DNA of 44,668 nucleotides from Deltaproteobacteria bacterium (GTDB lineage Bacteria; Myxococcota; JACRCW01), in contig JACRCW010000015.1 of NCBI GenBank assembly GCA_016218805.1, positions 1 through 44,668 on the forward strand, in the 5' to 3' direction. Made by a program: the position numbers and the translations under genes. The notes below the pieces were generated by a model that ran no database searches, was not told the origin of the DNA, and was given only the letters and a program-made list of their open reading frames with translations. Of the stretch, positions 9,642 to 18,161 are shown piece after piece. Each line of letters opens with the position of its first letter. Within the stretch, counting starts at the first letter, position 1.

Positions 9642-10837
9642 GGCGGCGCTCCCACTTCCAGCGACATGGTGGCGCCCAGCGCACCGTGTCCGCGCGGCCG
9701 CCGCACATCCCAGCTGCCGCCCACCTCCAGCCGCGCCAGCCCCCAGCCCCACAGTCCCACGCGCACCCCAGCGGACAGCGCGCGCACCAGGCGCAGCGCG
9801 TCCGCGTGCCCGTCCCGCCGCGGATCATTGACCACCACCAGGTGCGCGGTGGCCCCCGCGTAGAGCCGCCGGTGCGGCCGCACTCCCAGGCCCGCGCGCG
9901 CCACCGCCCACCGGTCCACGACGTATTCGCCCCACGCGGCGCCGGGAAGGTCCACGCCGCGCCCGGACATTCCACCCACGCGCGTACGGGACACGTCGTC
10001 CTCATCCACCCCCAGCCCGCCCTGCCCGGCGGCGTGCACGTGGAAGATGCGCAGCGCGTTGAACCCCAGCGCGCCATCCAGGCGGAAGCGCCGTGGCACG
10101 TTGCCCATGCCCACGTTGTTGCGGGGATCCGGCTTTTCTCCCTGCAGCCCGCCCCACGGCCGGTTGAACATCCGCAGGTCCGCGCCCACCTCGGCGGTGC
10201 CGCGCAGGCCGTGCAACAGCCCCAGACCGCCGGGATCCTCCGTGAGCTGTGCCCATTCCGCACGCAACCGCGGTTCCGCCGCCACAAACGGTTCCGGCAG
10301 CCGCAGGTCAGGGTCCGTCCACGGCAGCCGCGTGAACCCCCAGCCGCGCGCCGCCACCTCCGCCTGCATGACAATTCCCCCCGGCCAGGCCAACCCCGCG
10401 CGGGCGCCGGCGTGCGCCTGGGACGTACCAAACCCGCGGCCGGGATGGTTCACGCCGTCACGGATCCACACGTGCTGGGCCCCCGCCAGCAGCAGCTCCG
10501 CACCGCCAAACGCACCCAGCTGCAGCATCTCCGCGCCCACGCCGCGGACCCGCACTTCGCCGCGTGCGCCGGTCGTGTCGTAGGCCAAGTCCAGGTCCAG
10601 CCCCTGGCGCAGGACGTTGCGCGCCTGCCAGCGCGCCCACGCGGTCACCCACGGCGGCGGGCCGCCCCACGCCGCCAGCGGTGCGTCCCCGTCCTCCGGC
10701 AGCGGCCCCACGTCGTTGAGGGAACCGTCCACCGCGCTCCCCGCGGCAACGCCGTGCGTCCCGGTCCCGGCCGCCGCCGGGCGCGCAAGCACCCCAGCCA
10801 GGACCCACCACGCCGCCAGCCACGCGCCACCACGCAC
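9638..10837 (-). CDS. Putative exported or outer-membrane beta-barrel-like protein; GTG start inferred
   Basis: Signal-peptide-like N-terminus (…LAGVLARPAAA) and many alternating amphipathic Gly/aromatic strands; the stop overlaps the hemD ATG (ATGA). Confidence 0.6.
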   Translation of the reverse strand: MRGGAWLAAWWVLAGVLARPAAAGTGTHGVAAGSAVDGSLNDVGPLPEDGDAPLAAWGGPPPWVTAWARWQARNVLRQGLDLDLAYDTTGARGEVRVRGVGAEMLQLGAFGGAELLLAGAQHVWIRDGVNHPGRGFGTSQAHAGARAGLAWPGGIVMQAEVAARGWGFTRLPWTDPDLRLPEPFVAAEPRLRAEWAQLTEDPGGLGLLHGLRGTAEVGADLRMFNRPWGGLQGEKPDPRNNVGMGNVPRRFRLDGALGFNALRIFHVHAAGQGGLGVDEDDVSRTRVGGMSGRGVDLPGAAWGEYVVDRWAVARAGLGVRPHRRLYAGATAHLVVVNDPRRDGHADALRLVRALSAGVRVGLWGWGLARLEVGGSWDVRRPRGHGALGATMSLEVGAPP

Positions 10838-10954
10838 GGGTTGCGCCTCTAGCAGGCGGCGGGCGGACAAACACACGCGCCGGCCGCGGCGAGGTCGCCC
10901 ACGTCGGCCCGGCGCTTCCCCGTCTTTGTCGCCTGTGATAGGTGCGCGGCCCCC

Positions 10955-11446
10955 ATGGAACTCGCCCTCTTTGTCCTGTTCGGCACCCTGGCGGTCCTCG
11001 GCTCGCTGGGGGTGGTGCTCTCCCGCAATCCGGTGCGCGGCGCGTTGTGGCTGGTTGGCGCGCTTTTCTGCCTGGCGGTGCTGTTCATCCTCACGGATGC
11101 GCACCTGCTGGCGGCGCTGGAGGTGCTGGTCTATGCGGGCGCCGTGATGGTGCTGTTCCTGTTTGTCATCATGCTGCTCAACCTCCGCGAAGAGGAGCTG
11201 GGCCCGCGCCGGTTCACCCCGGTCAAGGCGCTGGCGGTGGCCGGCACGGTCTACCTGGGCTGGCTGATGGCGGTGCCCATGTGGAAGGCGGGGCGGGTCC
11301 CGCCGGCGGCGCCGGCGGACTACGGCACCGTTGAGGGCGTGGGAATGCTGATCTTCAAGAACTACCTTCTCCCATTTGAGATGACGTCGCTGCTGCTGCT
11401 GGCCGCCGTGGTGGGCGCGGTCATGCTGGCCAAGCGGCGGATGTGA
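10955..11446 (+). CDS. nuoJ: NADH-quinone oxidoreductase subunit J
   Basis: RNPVRGALWL, VLVYAGAVMVLFLFVIMLL and YLLPFEMTSLLLLAAVVGA. Confidence 0.95.
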   Translation: MELALFVLFGTLAVLGSLGVVLSRNPVRGALWLVGALFCLAVLFILTDAHLLAALEVLVYAGAVMVLFLFVIMLLNLREEELGPRRFTPVKALAVAGTVYLGWLMAVPMWKAGRVPPAAPADYGTVEGVGMLIFKNYLLPFEMTSLLLLAAVVGAVMLAKRRM

Positions 11447-11459
11447 CGGAGGCCACCCC

Positions 11460-11765
11460 ATGCACAACCCCGGTTTCCTGTTTGACGCCACGCTGGAAGA
11501 CCTCCCCCGCCCGCCCACGCCCGGCACCGCGCCGGGCACCGTGAAGCGCCGGCTGCGCCCCGCGGCGGACCTGCTGGCGGACTGGCTGGTGGCCTATGGC
11601 GATCACCGCGACGTGGAGCCGCTGCCGGAGCACGTGTTCCGCGCGTACTTCCACGCGGACGCGGCGCCGCGGCTGGACAAGCCCACCGCCACGCCGGGCG
11701 TGTTTGCCGCGCTGGTGCGGGCCGCGGCGGGCGCGCCGTCCAACGCCGGCGGGGAGATTGTCTGA
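11460..11765 (+). CDS. Hypothetical soluble protein (101 aa) between nuoJ and nuoK
   Basis: GGAGG RBS before the ATG, host-like codon use; TGA overlaps the nuoK ATG (TGATG). Confidence 0.7.
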   Translation: MHNPGFLFDATLEDLPRPPTPGTAPGTVKRRLRPAADLLADWLVAYGDHRDVEPLPEHVFRAYFHADAAPRLDKPTATPGVFAALVRAAAGAPSNAGGEIV

Positions 11766-12067
11766 TGCTGAACACCGGCCTGTTCCTGGTGCTGTCCGCC
11801 GTGCTGTTCTGCATTGGCGCGGTAGGCGTGGTGACCCGCCGCAACGCCATCGTCGCGTTCATGAGCATTGAGATCATGTTCAACGCGGCCAATCTCGCGT
11901 TCCTGGCATTTGCGCGCCAGCACGTGGACATGACCGGGCACGCGGCCGCGTTCTTTGTGATGGCGGTGGCGGCGGCGGAGGCCGCGGTGGGCCTGGCCAT
12001 CATCATTGCGGTGTTCCGCCGCAAGGCCACCGTGAACCTGGATGAACTGCGCGAGCTGCGCGGCTGA
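11765..12067 (+). CDS. nuoK: NADH-quinone oxidoreductase subunit K
   Basis: LFCIG...[20 protein letters not shown] and [10 protein letters not shown], with both conserved Glu. Confidence 0.96.
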   Translation: MLNTGLFLVLSAVLFCIGAVGVVTRRNAIVAFMSIEIMFNAANLAFLAFARQHVDMTGHAAAFFVMAVAAAEAAVGLAIIIAVFRRKATVNLDELRELRG

Positions 12068-12077
12068 GGTTCCCTCC

Positions 12078-12845
12078 ATGACGGACCGCAAGGCGTTCTC
12101 CGTGGCCGTGTACCCGCGCCACGACGGCAAGGTCCTGCTCATCCACCACACGCGGCTGCAGACGTGGCTGCCGCCCGGCGGAGAGATGGAGCCGGGCGAG
12201 ACACCGCAGCAAGCGGCAGAGCGCGAGTTGCGCGAGGAGACCGGGCTGCACGGGCGCTTCACACAGGTGCATCCGGTGGACGGCACGCCGGCGGGCTACC
12301 TGGGCTACGAAGAGCACGTGGCGGGGGCCAAGGGGCTGCACCTGAACTTTGTGTTTGTGGCGGACGTGGACACCCTCCAGGTGACCCCCAACAGTGAGTT
12401 CACCGAGCACCGCTGGGTGCGTGACTTTGCCGGCGTGAGCTGCCCGCCCAACGTGGCGCAGCTGGGGCTGATGGCGCTGCACGGCGGCACGCCACTGCAG
12501 GCGATGGCGCGGGCGTGGCTGGCGGCGTTCAACGCGCGGGACCTGGAGGGGCTGCTGCGGCTGTACGCGGACCACGCGGTGCACACCAGTCCCAAGCTGC
12601 GCGCGCGTGACCCGGCCACGGGCGGGAAGGTGCGCGGCAAGGCGGCGCTGCGGGGTTGGTTTGCGGACGCGTTTGAGCGGTTGCCCGGGCTGCACTACGA
12701 GCCGCTGCACCTCACCGCGCAGGGCCACCGCGTGTTCCTGGAGTACCGGCGCACGGTCCCCGGCGAGGCGCCCTACGTCGTGGCGGAGGTACTGGTGACG
12801 GGGAACGACGGGCTCATTGCCGAGTCATTTGTGTTCCACGGCTGA
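12078..12845 (+). CDS. Nudix hydrolase fused to a SnoaL/NTF2-like domain
   Basis: Nudix box GGEMEPGETPQQAAERELREETGL; C-terminal WLAAFNARDLEGLLRLYADHAVHTSP is NTF2-like. Confidence 0.85.
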   Translation: MTDRKAFSVAVYPRHDGKVLLIHHTRLQTWLPPGGEMEPGETPQQAAERELREETGLHGRFTQVHPVDGTPAGYLGYEEHVAGAKGLHLNFVFVADVDTLQVTPNSEFTEHRWVRDFAGVSCPPNVAQLGLMALHGGTPLQAMARAWLAAFNARDLEGLLRLYADHAVHTSPKLRARDPATGGKVRGKAALRGWFADAFERLPGLHYEPLHLTAQGHRVFLEYRRTVPGEAPYVVAEVLVTGNDGLIAESFVFHG

Positions 12846-12852
12846 GCGCGGC

Positions 12853-13398
12853 TCAGAACTCCGCGAAGATGGGCGCCAGCGGCACGTTCACCCGCCCGTC
12901 AAGCTGCGGTGTGGTGAGCGTGTCCTCCGCGCGCAGGAACGCGCGGCGGCGGTAGTGGCCCTCCACCAACTCCAGCACGTCCACGCAACGCGCCCGAGCG
13001 TCAACAATCCAGTACTCCGGCACGCCGAATTTCTCGTACAGGCCTCGCTTGAGCACTTCGTCGTGCGCGCGGTTCTGGGAGAGGATCTCGACTACGATAT
13101 CCGGCGGTCCCTCGATGCCGCGCTCCGAGATGAGCCGGCGGTGCGCTGCCGCCATGATGACGAGGTCCGGCTGTACGACGTGCGTCGCGTCGAGGATCAG
13201 GCCGAGCGGCGCTTGCAGGATCACCGCGGTGCCGGGCTCCGGCAGGAGCGACGCAAGCGCGCACATCAGGCGTGCGCGTACACGGTTGTCCGCGGGACGC
13301 ATCGACTCCAGTGGCAGCAGACCGCCGTCTATGAGTTCCCACCGTCGGCCGTCCGCGGGCAGCCGCGCGTAGTCGCCGTATGTGCACGTCCCGTTCAC
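12853..13398 (-). CDS. Uma2/DUF820 family PD-(D/E)xK putative endonuclease
   Basis: VQPDLV, PDIVVEILS, K..LY..FGVPEYWIVD; GTG start overlaps the M48 stop. Confidence 0.88.
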   Translation of the reverse strand: MNGTCTYGDYARLPADGRRWELIDGGLLPLESMRPADNRVRARLMCALASLLPEPGTAVILQAPLGLILDATHVVQPDLVIMAAAHRRLISERGIEGPPDIVVEILSQNRAHDEVLKRGLYEKFGVPEYWIVDARARCVDVLELVEGHYRRRAFLRAEDTLTTPQLDGRVNVPLAPIFAEF

Positions 13399-14594
13399 TG
13401 TGCGCCTTTGTCCTTGTCGCCGTCGTCCTTTTTCTCGTCACCGCTGAAGGTGCGCTTGAACCAGCCGCGCGCGTCCTCAAAGCCCTTGTCCAGCTTGTCC
13501 CCCAGGCTCTCCGCGTCCTTCTCCGCCTGCTTGAGGTCCTCGTCGCTGCCGTAGGTGCAGTGCGGGCAGATGATGGCCCCCAGCGCCAGCGGCTTGCCAC
13601 ATTGCGGGCACGGCGTGGTCCGCGCCACATCCGTGCGCGTGTACTCGCCGTCAAGAATCTCCAGGAACGCCCCGGTGGACACCCAGTCCAGCACTTCGCG
13701 GGCGCGGTAGACGGGGAACGGGTGGCTGCGGAACACCTCCTGGTAGGCCACCAGCAGCTTGCTCATCCCTGTCTCATCGCGGAGCTTCTCAAAGTTCTCC
13801 GCCTGCTCAATGAACGCGGCAATGGACAGCTCCGGCATGAACGTGCGCGATCCGCCGGACACCTTCATCAGCGTGCGCAGCACCACTTCCGGTTTGCGGA
13901 CGGTGAGCAGCGCCGCGCGGTCACCGGTCAGTTCGCTGGCGCGGTCCCAGCGGCTGAGCGCGGCGCCCAGCGGCAGCATGATGATGCGGCCAATCCCCAG
14001 CGTGGCCGCAGCAATCTCCGACGCCACCGTGGAGAACAGCCGCGCGGCCGTCTTGTACAGCACGTGGTTGGCCTGCACGTGACCCAGCTCATGGCCCAAC
14101 ACGGCCAGCTGTTCCTCCTCGTCCAACAGGTCCAGCGCGCCGGTGGAAATGGACACGTGGTACTGCTCCACGCCAAAGGTGGACGCATTGGGCTGCTCGC
14201 CCTGGTACACAAACAGCTCCGGCAGGTCCTTCATGCCCAGCCGGTCACCCGCGGTCTGGAAGCGCTTGTACAGCGACGGGAGTTGCTTGTCCGACACGCG
14301 GATGAAGCTGGCGTGGTGCATCAGGCGCGTGGAGGCCTCCGCGCTGTTCTTGATGAGCCACTTGAGCATGGTCTTGATACCGGGAATCTTGCCCAGCGCC
14401 TCCAGCGCCTCGCGGTCCAGGTTGTGCGTGTAGGACGCGGGGTCAATGGCGTTGAGCGGCTCCGCCAGCAGGCGCAGCAGCGGCTCACGGCAGCCGCCAC
14501 ACTTGGGATTCCCCTGCATCTGCAGCACGCGTTCAAACTTCAGCCGGTTCACCGCCCCGCACCGCCCGCACGTGAACTCCAGGAGCTCAATCAA
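13395..14594 (-). CDS. M48-family zinc metallopeptidase with N- and C-terminal Zn ribbons
   Basis: PNAS(T)FG, HELGH, ELTGDRA and SHP; CGRC/CGGC at the N-terminus and CPQC/CPHC near the C-terminus; TTG start with GGAGG RBS. Confidence 0.88.
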   Translation of the reverse strand: MIELLEFTCGRCGAVNRLKFERVLQMQGNPKCGGCREPLLRLLAEPLNAIDPASYTHNLDREALEALGKIPGIKTMLKWLIKNSAEASTRLMHHASFIRVSDKQLPSLYKRFQTAGDRLGMKDLPELFVYQGEQPNASTFGVEQYHVSISTGALDLLDEEEQLAVLGHELGHVQANHVLYKTAARLFSTVASEIAAATLGIGRIIMLPLGAALSRWDRASELTGDRAALLTVRKPEVVLRTLMKVSGGSRTFMPELSIAAFIEQAENFEKLRDETGMSKLLVAYQEVFRSHPFPVYRAREVLDWVSTGAFLEILDGEYTRTDVARTTPCPQCGKPLALGAIICPHCTYGSDEDLKQAEKDAESLGDKLDKGFEDARGWFKRTFSGDEKKDDGDKDKGAQ

Positions 14595-14650
14595 GTCCCA
14601 CCTCCGTGTCGCCGCACCATAGGCACCCTGCCCCCGGCGGGCCAGGGCCG

Positions 14651-15277
14651 TCAGCGCGGGACGGGGCGCACCGTCACCGTCAGGTCCGCTCCGTCCATGG
14701 TGGACTCCACCACCGCCCGCGCCGCATGCGGGTCGCCCCGGCCGGCGCGCAGCAGGCCGTGGTCCGCATCCGCTCCAAACACCGCCGCGTTCACCGCCGC
14801 GCGCAGGGTCTCGTCGGCTGTGTCACCGGACTGCGCCGGCTGTTCCACCAGCACCAGCGCAAGAGGGGTGGCGCCCTCCAACGACGCCGGCTGCTCCCGG
14901 GTCACCATGCTGGCCGACGAGGACATGGCAGCCAGAGGAAAGAGATGGAGCGACAGGCGCGGGTGCACGGTCTGCTCTGCTGCCGTCCCCGGCGGCAGCA
15001 GTTCCGCGTAGGGCCGCGTGTACCGGACGGTGCGCCGCCGGTCCTCCACGACGAGACAGACCCCCGCGGTGGGCGGTATCCATCCCAGCGCGGCGCTCTG
15101 CGTGGCCCGGAGCTCCGCGAACAACCCCGCCCCGCGCAGACCGGCCGCCAGCCGCTGTGCTTCGTGCGTAACCGCCCCTGCCGCGGCCGTATCCATCGGT
15201 GGCTCCCTTTCCGGTGCCGGCCGTCCGGTGCTGCAGGCGGCGGCCAACCACAGTGCAACCCAGAACCCGCGGGACAT
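14651..15277 (-). CDS. Hypothetical lipoprotein
   Basis: GGAGG RBS; MSRGFWVALWLAAAC lipobox-like signal. Confidence 0.65.
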   Translation of the reverse strand: MSRGFWVALWLAAACSTGRPAPEREPPMDTAAAGAVTHEAQRLAAGLRGAGLFAELRATQSAALGWIPPTAGVCLVVEDRRRTVRYTRPYAELLPPGTAAEQTVHPRLSLHLFPLAAMSSSASMVTREQPASLEGATPLALVLVEQPAQSGDTADETLRAAVNAAVFGADADHGLLRAGRGDPHAARAVVESTMDGADLTVTVRPVPR

Positions 15278-15387
15278 GGACACCTCCGACGGTCGGAGGC
15301 CGACCAGCGTGGCAGCCGCAGCCGGCGGCGCCAAGCTTGAGGGCGGCGTGACGGGCGGGCACGCGCTCGGGTACAGACGCCGGCTCC

Positions 15388-16812
15388 ATGTTCTGCGCGT
15401 TGTGTGGCACGGAGAACCCGGACGGCGCCCTGAAGTGCCGGTCATGCCAGGCGCCCGTCCTGGCGGTGGGTTCGCCGGTGTCACCTCCCGCGCCCACGCC
15501 CCGCGCCGTCCCCGTTCCGCGGCCGTTGGAAGCCTCGCCGGCGGATGTGTTCCGAACCTCCGCGGCACCTGCCGCCGCGCCGCCACCGCCGGCCACCCAC
15601 CTCCAGCCGCCGCCGCTGCCGGCGCTCCAACGCACCGGGACGGCGCCCGCGCGCCCCAGCATCCTGGTGCCCAAGAACCCCGCGGCGGTACCACCGCTTC
15701 CGACGACACCGGTGGTCATCCAACCGCGTATTGCCGGCGCGGCGCCTGCCCCGCTGCCGGCCCCGGCGGCCACCAACCCCGCGCTCCAGGCGGCCCGGCC
15801 CCCGGTCACCCCGGCGCCGCACCGGACGGAGCCGGACCGTCCCGCCGCGCGGCCGTTGCCCGTGGCCCCGCTGTCCGCCGTGCCGTTGCCACCGCCGCCG
15901 GTGACCTTTGCGCCGCCGCGCGCGCCATCGGTCCCCCCGCCCACCCCGGCGCCCGCACCGCTGCCGGAACTGGCGCCGCTGCCGCCGCCCGAACTCCCGC
16001 CGCCCCCCGTCGTCACGGCGGCGCCCGCTGCCGTTGCCCCGCCCGCCGCGGACCCGGCGTTTCCTGAGTTGCCGCCCATTCCGGAGATGGACTCCCCACC
16101 GGTGCCCGCGGAGCCACCGCCGCCGCCCGTGCCCCCACCCGCCGCCGCGGAGGCTGCTCCCGTCGAGCCGGTGGCCTCCCCGGCGGTTCCGCTGTCACCG
16201 CTGGTTGGGGACGGACCGCAACCCCCGGTCGCGCGCGCGGCCAGTTGGTCGCAGAAGATCGCCGCGGCGTTGGTGGACGGCGCGGTCGTCTTTGGGCTCA
16301 CGCTGGGCTACGCCGCCGTGGAACTGCTGGAGCTCCCGCCGGATGACCCCACCTCCACGCAGGCGCTGGAAGGCGTGGACCGGTTCATTGACCTGCTGGC
16401 CCGGTACAGCGCGTTCATCCTGGGGATGCTGATCGCCTGCAGCGTGGCCGTGTTCCTCTATGAGGGTCTGGCGGTGGCGCTGATGGGCCGCACCGTGGGC
16501 CAGAAAGTGATGGACCTGCGCCTGCTCCGCCTGCGTGACGGCCAGCGGGCTGGCGGGCGTTTGGCGCTTCTACGCGGCCTGTTGGCCGGCGTGGGCCTGC
16601 TGGTGCTGGGCGCCGGTTGGCTGTGGGCCCCCTTTGACCGGCGGCGCGCGGCGCTGCACGACCGGTGGACCGGCCTGGTGCTGGTGGAGGACCCGCAGGC
16701 TCCCGTGCCCCCGCCGTCCACCGCCGCCACGCAACCGCCGTTGCCACCGGCGTCTGAGCCGCTGCGCCCGGAGGCCAGCGCTCCGCCGGACCCGCCAGCC
16801 GCCGCGCCCTGA
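15388..16812 (+). CDS. RDD-family membrane protein with N-terminal Zn ribbon and long Pro/Ala-rich linker
   Basis: MFCALCG...CRSC; KIAAALVDG, GRTVGQKVMDLRL and LHDRWTG (RDD motifs). Confidence 0.85.
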   Translation: MFCALCGTENPDGALKCRSCQAPVLAVGSPVSPPAPTPRAVPVPRPLEASPADVFRTSAAPAAAPPPPATHLQPPPLPALQRTGTAPARPSILVPKNPAAVPPLPTTPVVIQPRIAGAAPAPLPAPAATNPALQAARPPVTPAPHRTEPDRPAARPLPVAPLSAVPLPPPPVTFAPPRAPSVPPPTPAPAPLPELAPLPPPELPPPPVVTAAPAAVAPPAADPAFPELPPIPEMDSPPVPAEPPPPPVPPPAAAEAAPVEPVASPAVPLSPLVGDGPQPPVARAASWSQKIAAALVDGAVVFGLTLGYAAVELLELPPDDPTSTQALEGVDRFIDLLARYSAFILGMLIACSVAVFLYEGLAVALMGRTVGQKVMDLRLLRLRDGQRAGGRLALLRGLLAGVGLLVLGAGWLWAPFDRRRAALHDRWTGLVLVEDPQAPVPPPSTAATQPPLPPASEPLRPEASAPPDPPAAAP

Positions 16813-16824
16813 CCCGGGCGGTCC

Positions 16825-18045
16825 TCACGCGCTGACGGTGGTGGTGGCCAGCGTGGCATGGTGGAAACCCAGCCGCGTGTCCTCCAGCACGCTGATGTGG
16901 CGCGGGAAGAACTTCCGGATGGGCGGAAACCGGATGCGCCGGTGCAGCGTGAGCGCGGGGTAGCGGTAGACCCGCACCTCGTTGAGACCGCGGTGCGCGG
17001 ACAGCAGGAAGCGGCGGTCCGGGCTCAGTGCCAGGCCGTAGCTGCCGTCCAGCAGGCTCCACCGCGTGGCCCGCAACGCCTTCAGCAGCACGTGCGTGTT
17101 GCCCGGCACATGAACCCGGCTGAAGCTCTCCACCACGTTGGAGACACCCGTGCGCCAGTGCCGGAGCGACTCCACCAGGCCCGCGCGCTCGTCCAGGTAG
17201 GTCACGTCCGACAGCGTGGCCAGGTCCACCCGGACAATCACGCTGGCAGCGCACGCGTTGTAGAGGACCGCGTCCTCCGTCACCACCACGTCTGACGTCA
17301 GTGCACCGGGCAGGTCCTTGGGAATGGACATGTGCCGCGTCACGCGCGCGGTCTCGCCGTCCACCTCAAACAGGTAGTTCTTGAAATGGGCGATCGTGTA
17401 TTCGCCGAACTCGCTGCCCTGGGGCGTGCACCGCTGGGTGGGCGCGTAGAACACGTCACGCGTGGGGTGCACGCCCAGGTGCCACGCCGTCGCGGGCAGA
17501 CGCACCACCCGGGGTTCGCCGCGGCGCAGGTCAAACACGCCCACCTGGTTGGCGTAGCCGCGCCGGTCATGGTCCATGGCGCCGTAGAACAGGTAGCGGC
17601 CTGACGGAGACAGCTTGACGGCGTGGGGCAGCGTCACTCCGTGCGGGCCCAGCCGCTCCGGGTTGTCCAGGCAGTCCATCTCAAAGCGGTAGAAATCATC
17701 GCCCAGGACGGTGATGAAGGTGCGCTCGCCCAGCCAAACCACGTGCGTCTGGGACTGGTAGAACACCTCGGGCGCACAGAACCGCAGCGTGGAGCAGCGC
17801 GTGAGTTCGCGAAGCGTGCGCGGGTCATAGAACAGCAGCGTCTGGCTGAGGTTGCCCAGGTAACCCAGCGTGCCCGCAGGATTGATCTGCGTGGCGTGAC
17901 CGCCGGAGAAGCCCGGGAAGAACTGCACGGCAGTGTCCCAGCGGTCCGCGTCCGGGTCCGCGCGCAGCCGCGCCACGCCGCCAAACCCCTCAAACCCGTT
18001 CAGCCCGTACCCGTCCAGGGCCATGAAGAAGTCAAACATTGGCAT
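16825..18045 (-). CDS. Cytoplasmic beta-propeller protein of unknown function, His-rich
   Basis: Blade repeats (INPAGTLGY, LSPSGRYLFY, VHPTRDVFY, LSPDRRFLL); no signal peptide; start at 18045 or 18039. Confidence 0.75.
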   Translation of the reverse strand: MPMFDFFMALDGYGLNGFEGFGGVARLRADPDADRWDTAVQFFPGFSGGHATQINPAGTLGYLGNLSQTLLFYDPRTLRELTRCSTLRFCAPEVFYQSQTHVVWLGERTFITVLGDDFYRFEMDCLDNPERLGPHGVTLPHAVKLSPSGRYLFYGAMDHDRRGYANQVGVFDLRRGEPRVVRLPATAWHLGVHPTRDVFYAPTQRCTPQGSEFGEYTIAHFKNYLFEVDGETARVTRHMSIPKDLPGALTSDVVVTEDAVLYNACAASVIVRVDLATLSDVTYLDERAGLVESLRHWRTGVSNVVESFSRVHVPGNTHVLLKALRATRWSLLDGSYGLALSPDRRFLLSAHRGLNEVRVYRYPALTLHRRIRFPPIRKFFPRHISVLEDTRLGFHHATLATTTVSA

Positions 18046-18161
18046 GGGACTCCGGGTAGTTTGCGGACGGACCGGTTCCTTCTCCGCGCGCGCCAAGGGA
18101 TTCCACCCGCGCGCCACCCGGCGCGCTTGGGCGCGGACCGGCAACGACCTATGGTGGCTCC

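Noticed and set aside
10838..11539. N-terminal extension of the 633-aa ORF 9638..11539
   Set aside because: It overlaps nuoJ on the opposite strand; the credible gene starts near 10837.
15480..16230. CCG-rich repetitive DNA as a repeat array or CRISPR
   Set aside because: It encodes the Pro/Ala linker of the RDD protein; no constant repeat-spacer periodicity and no cas genes.
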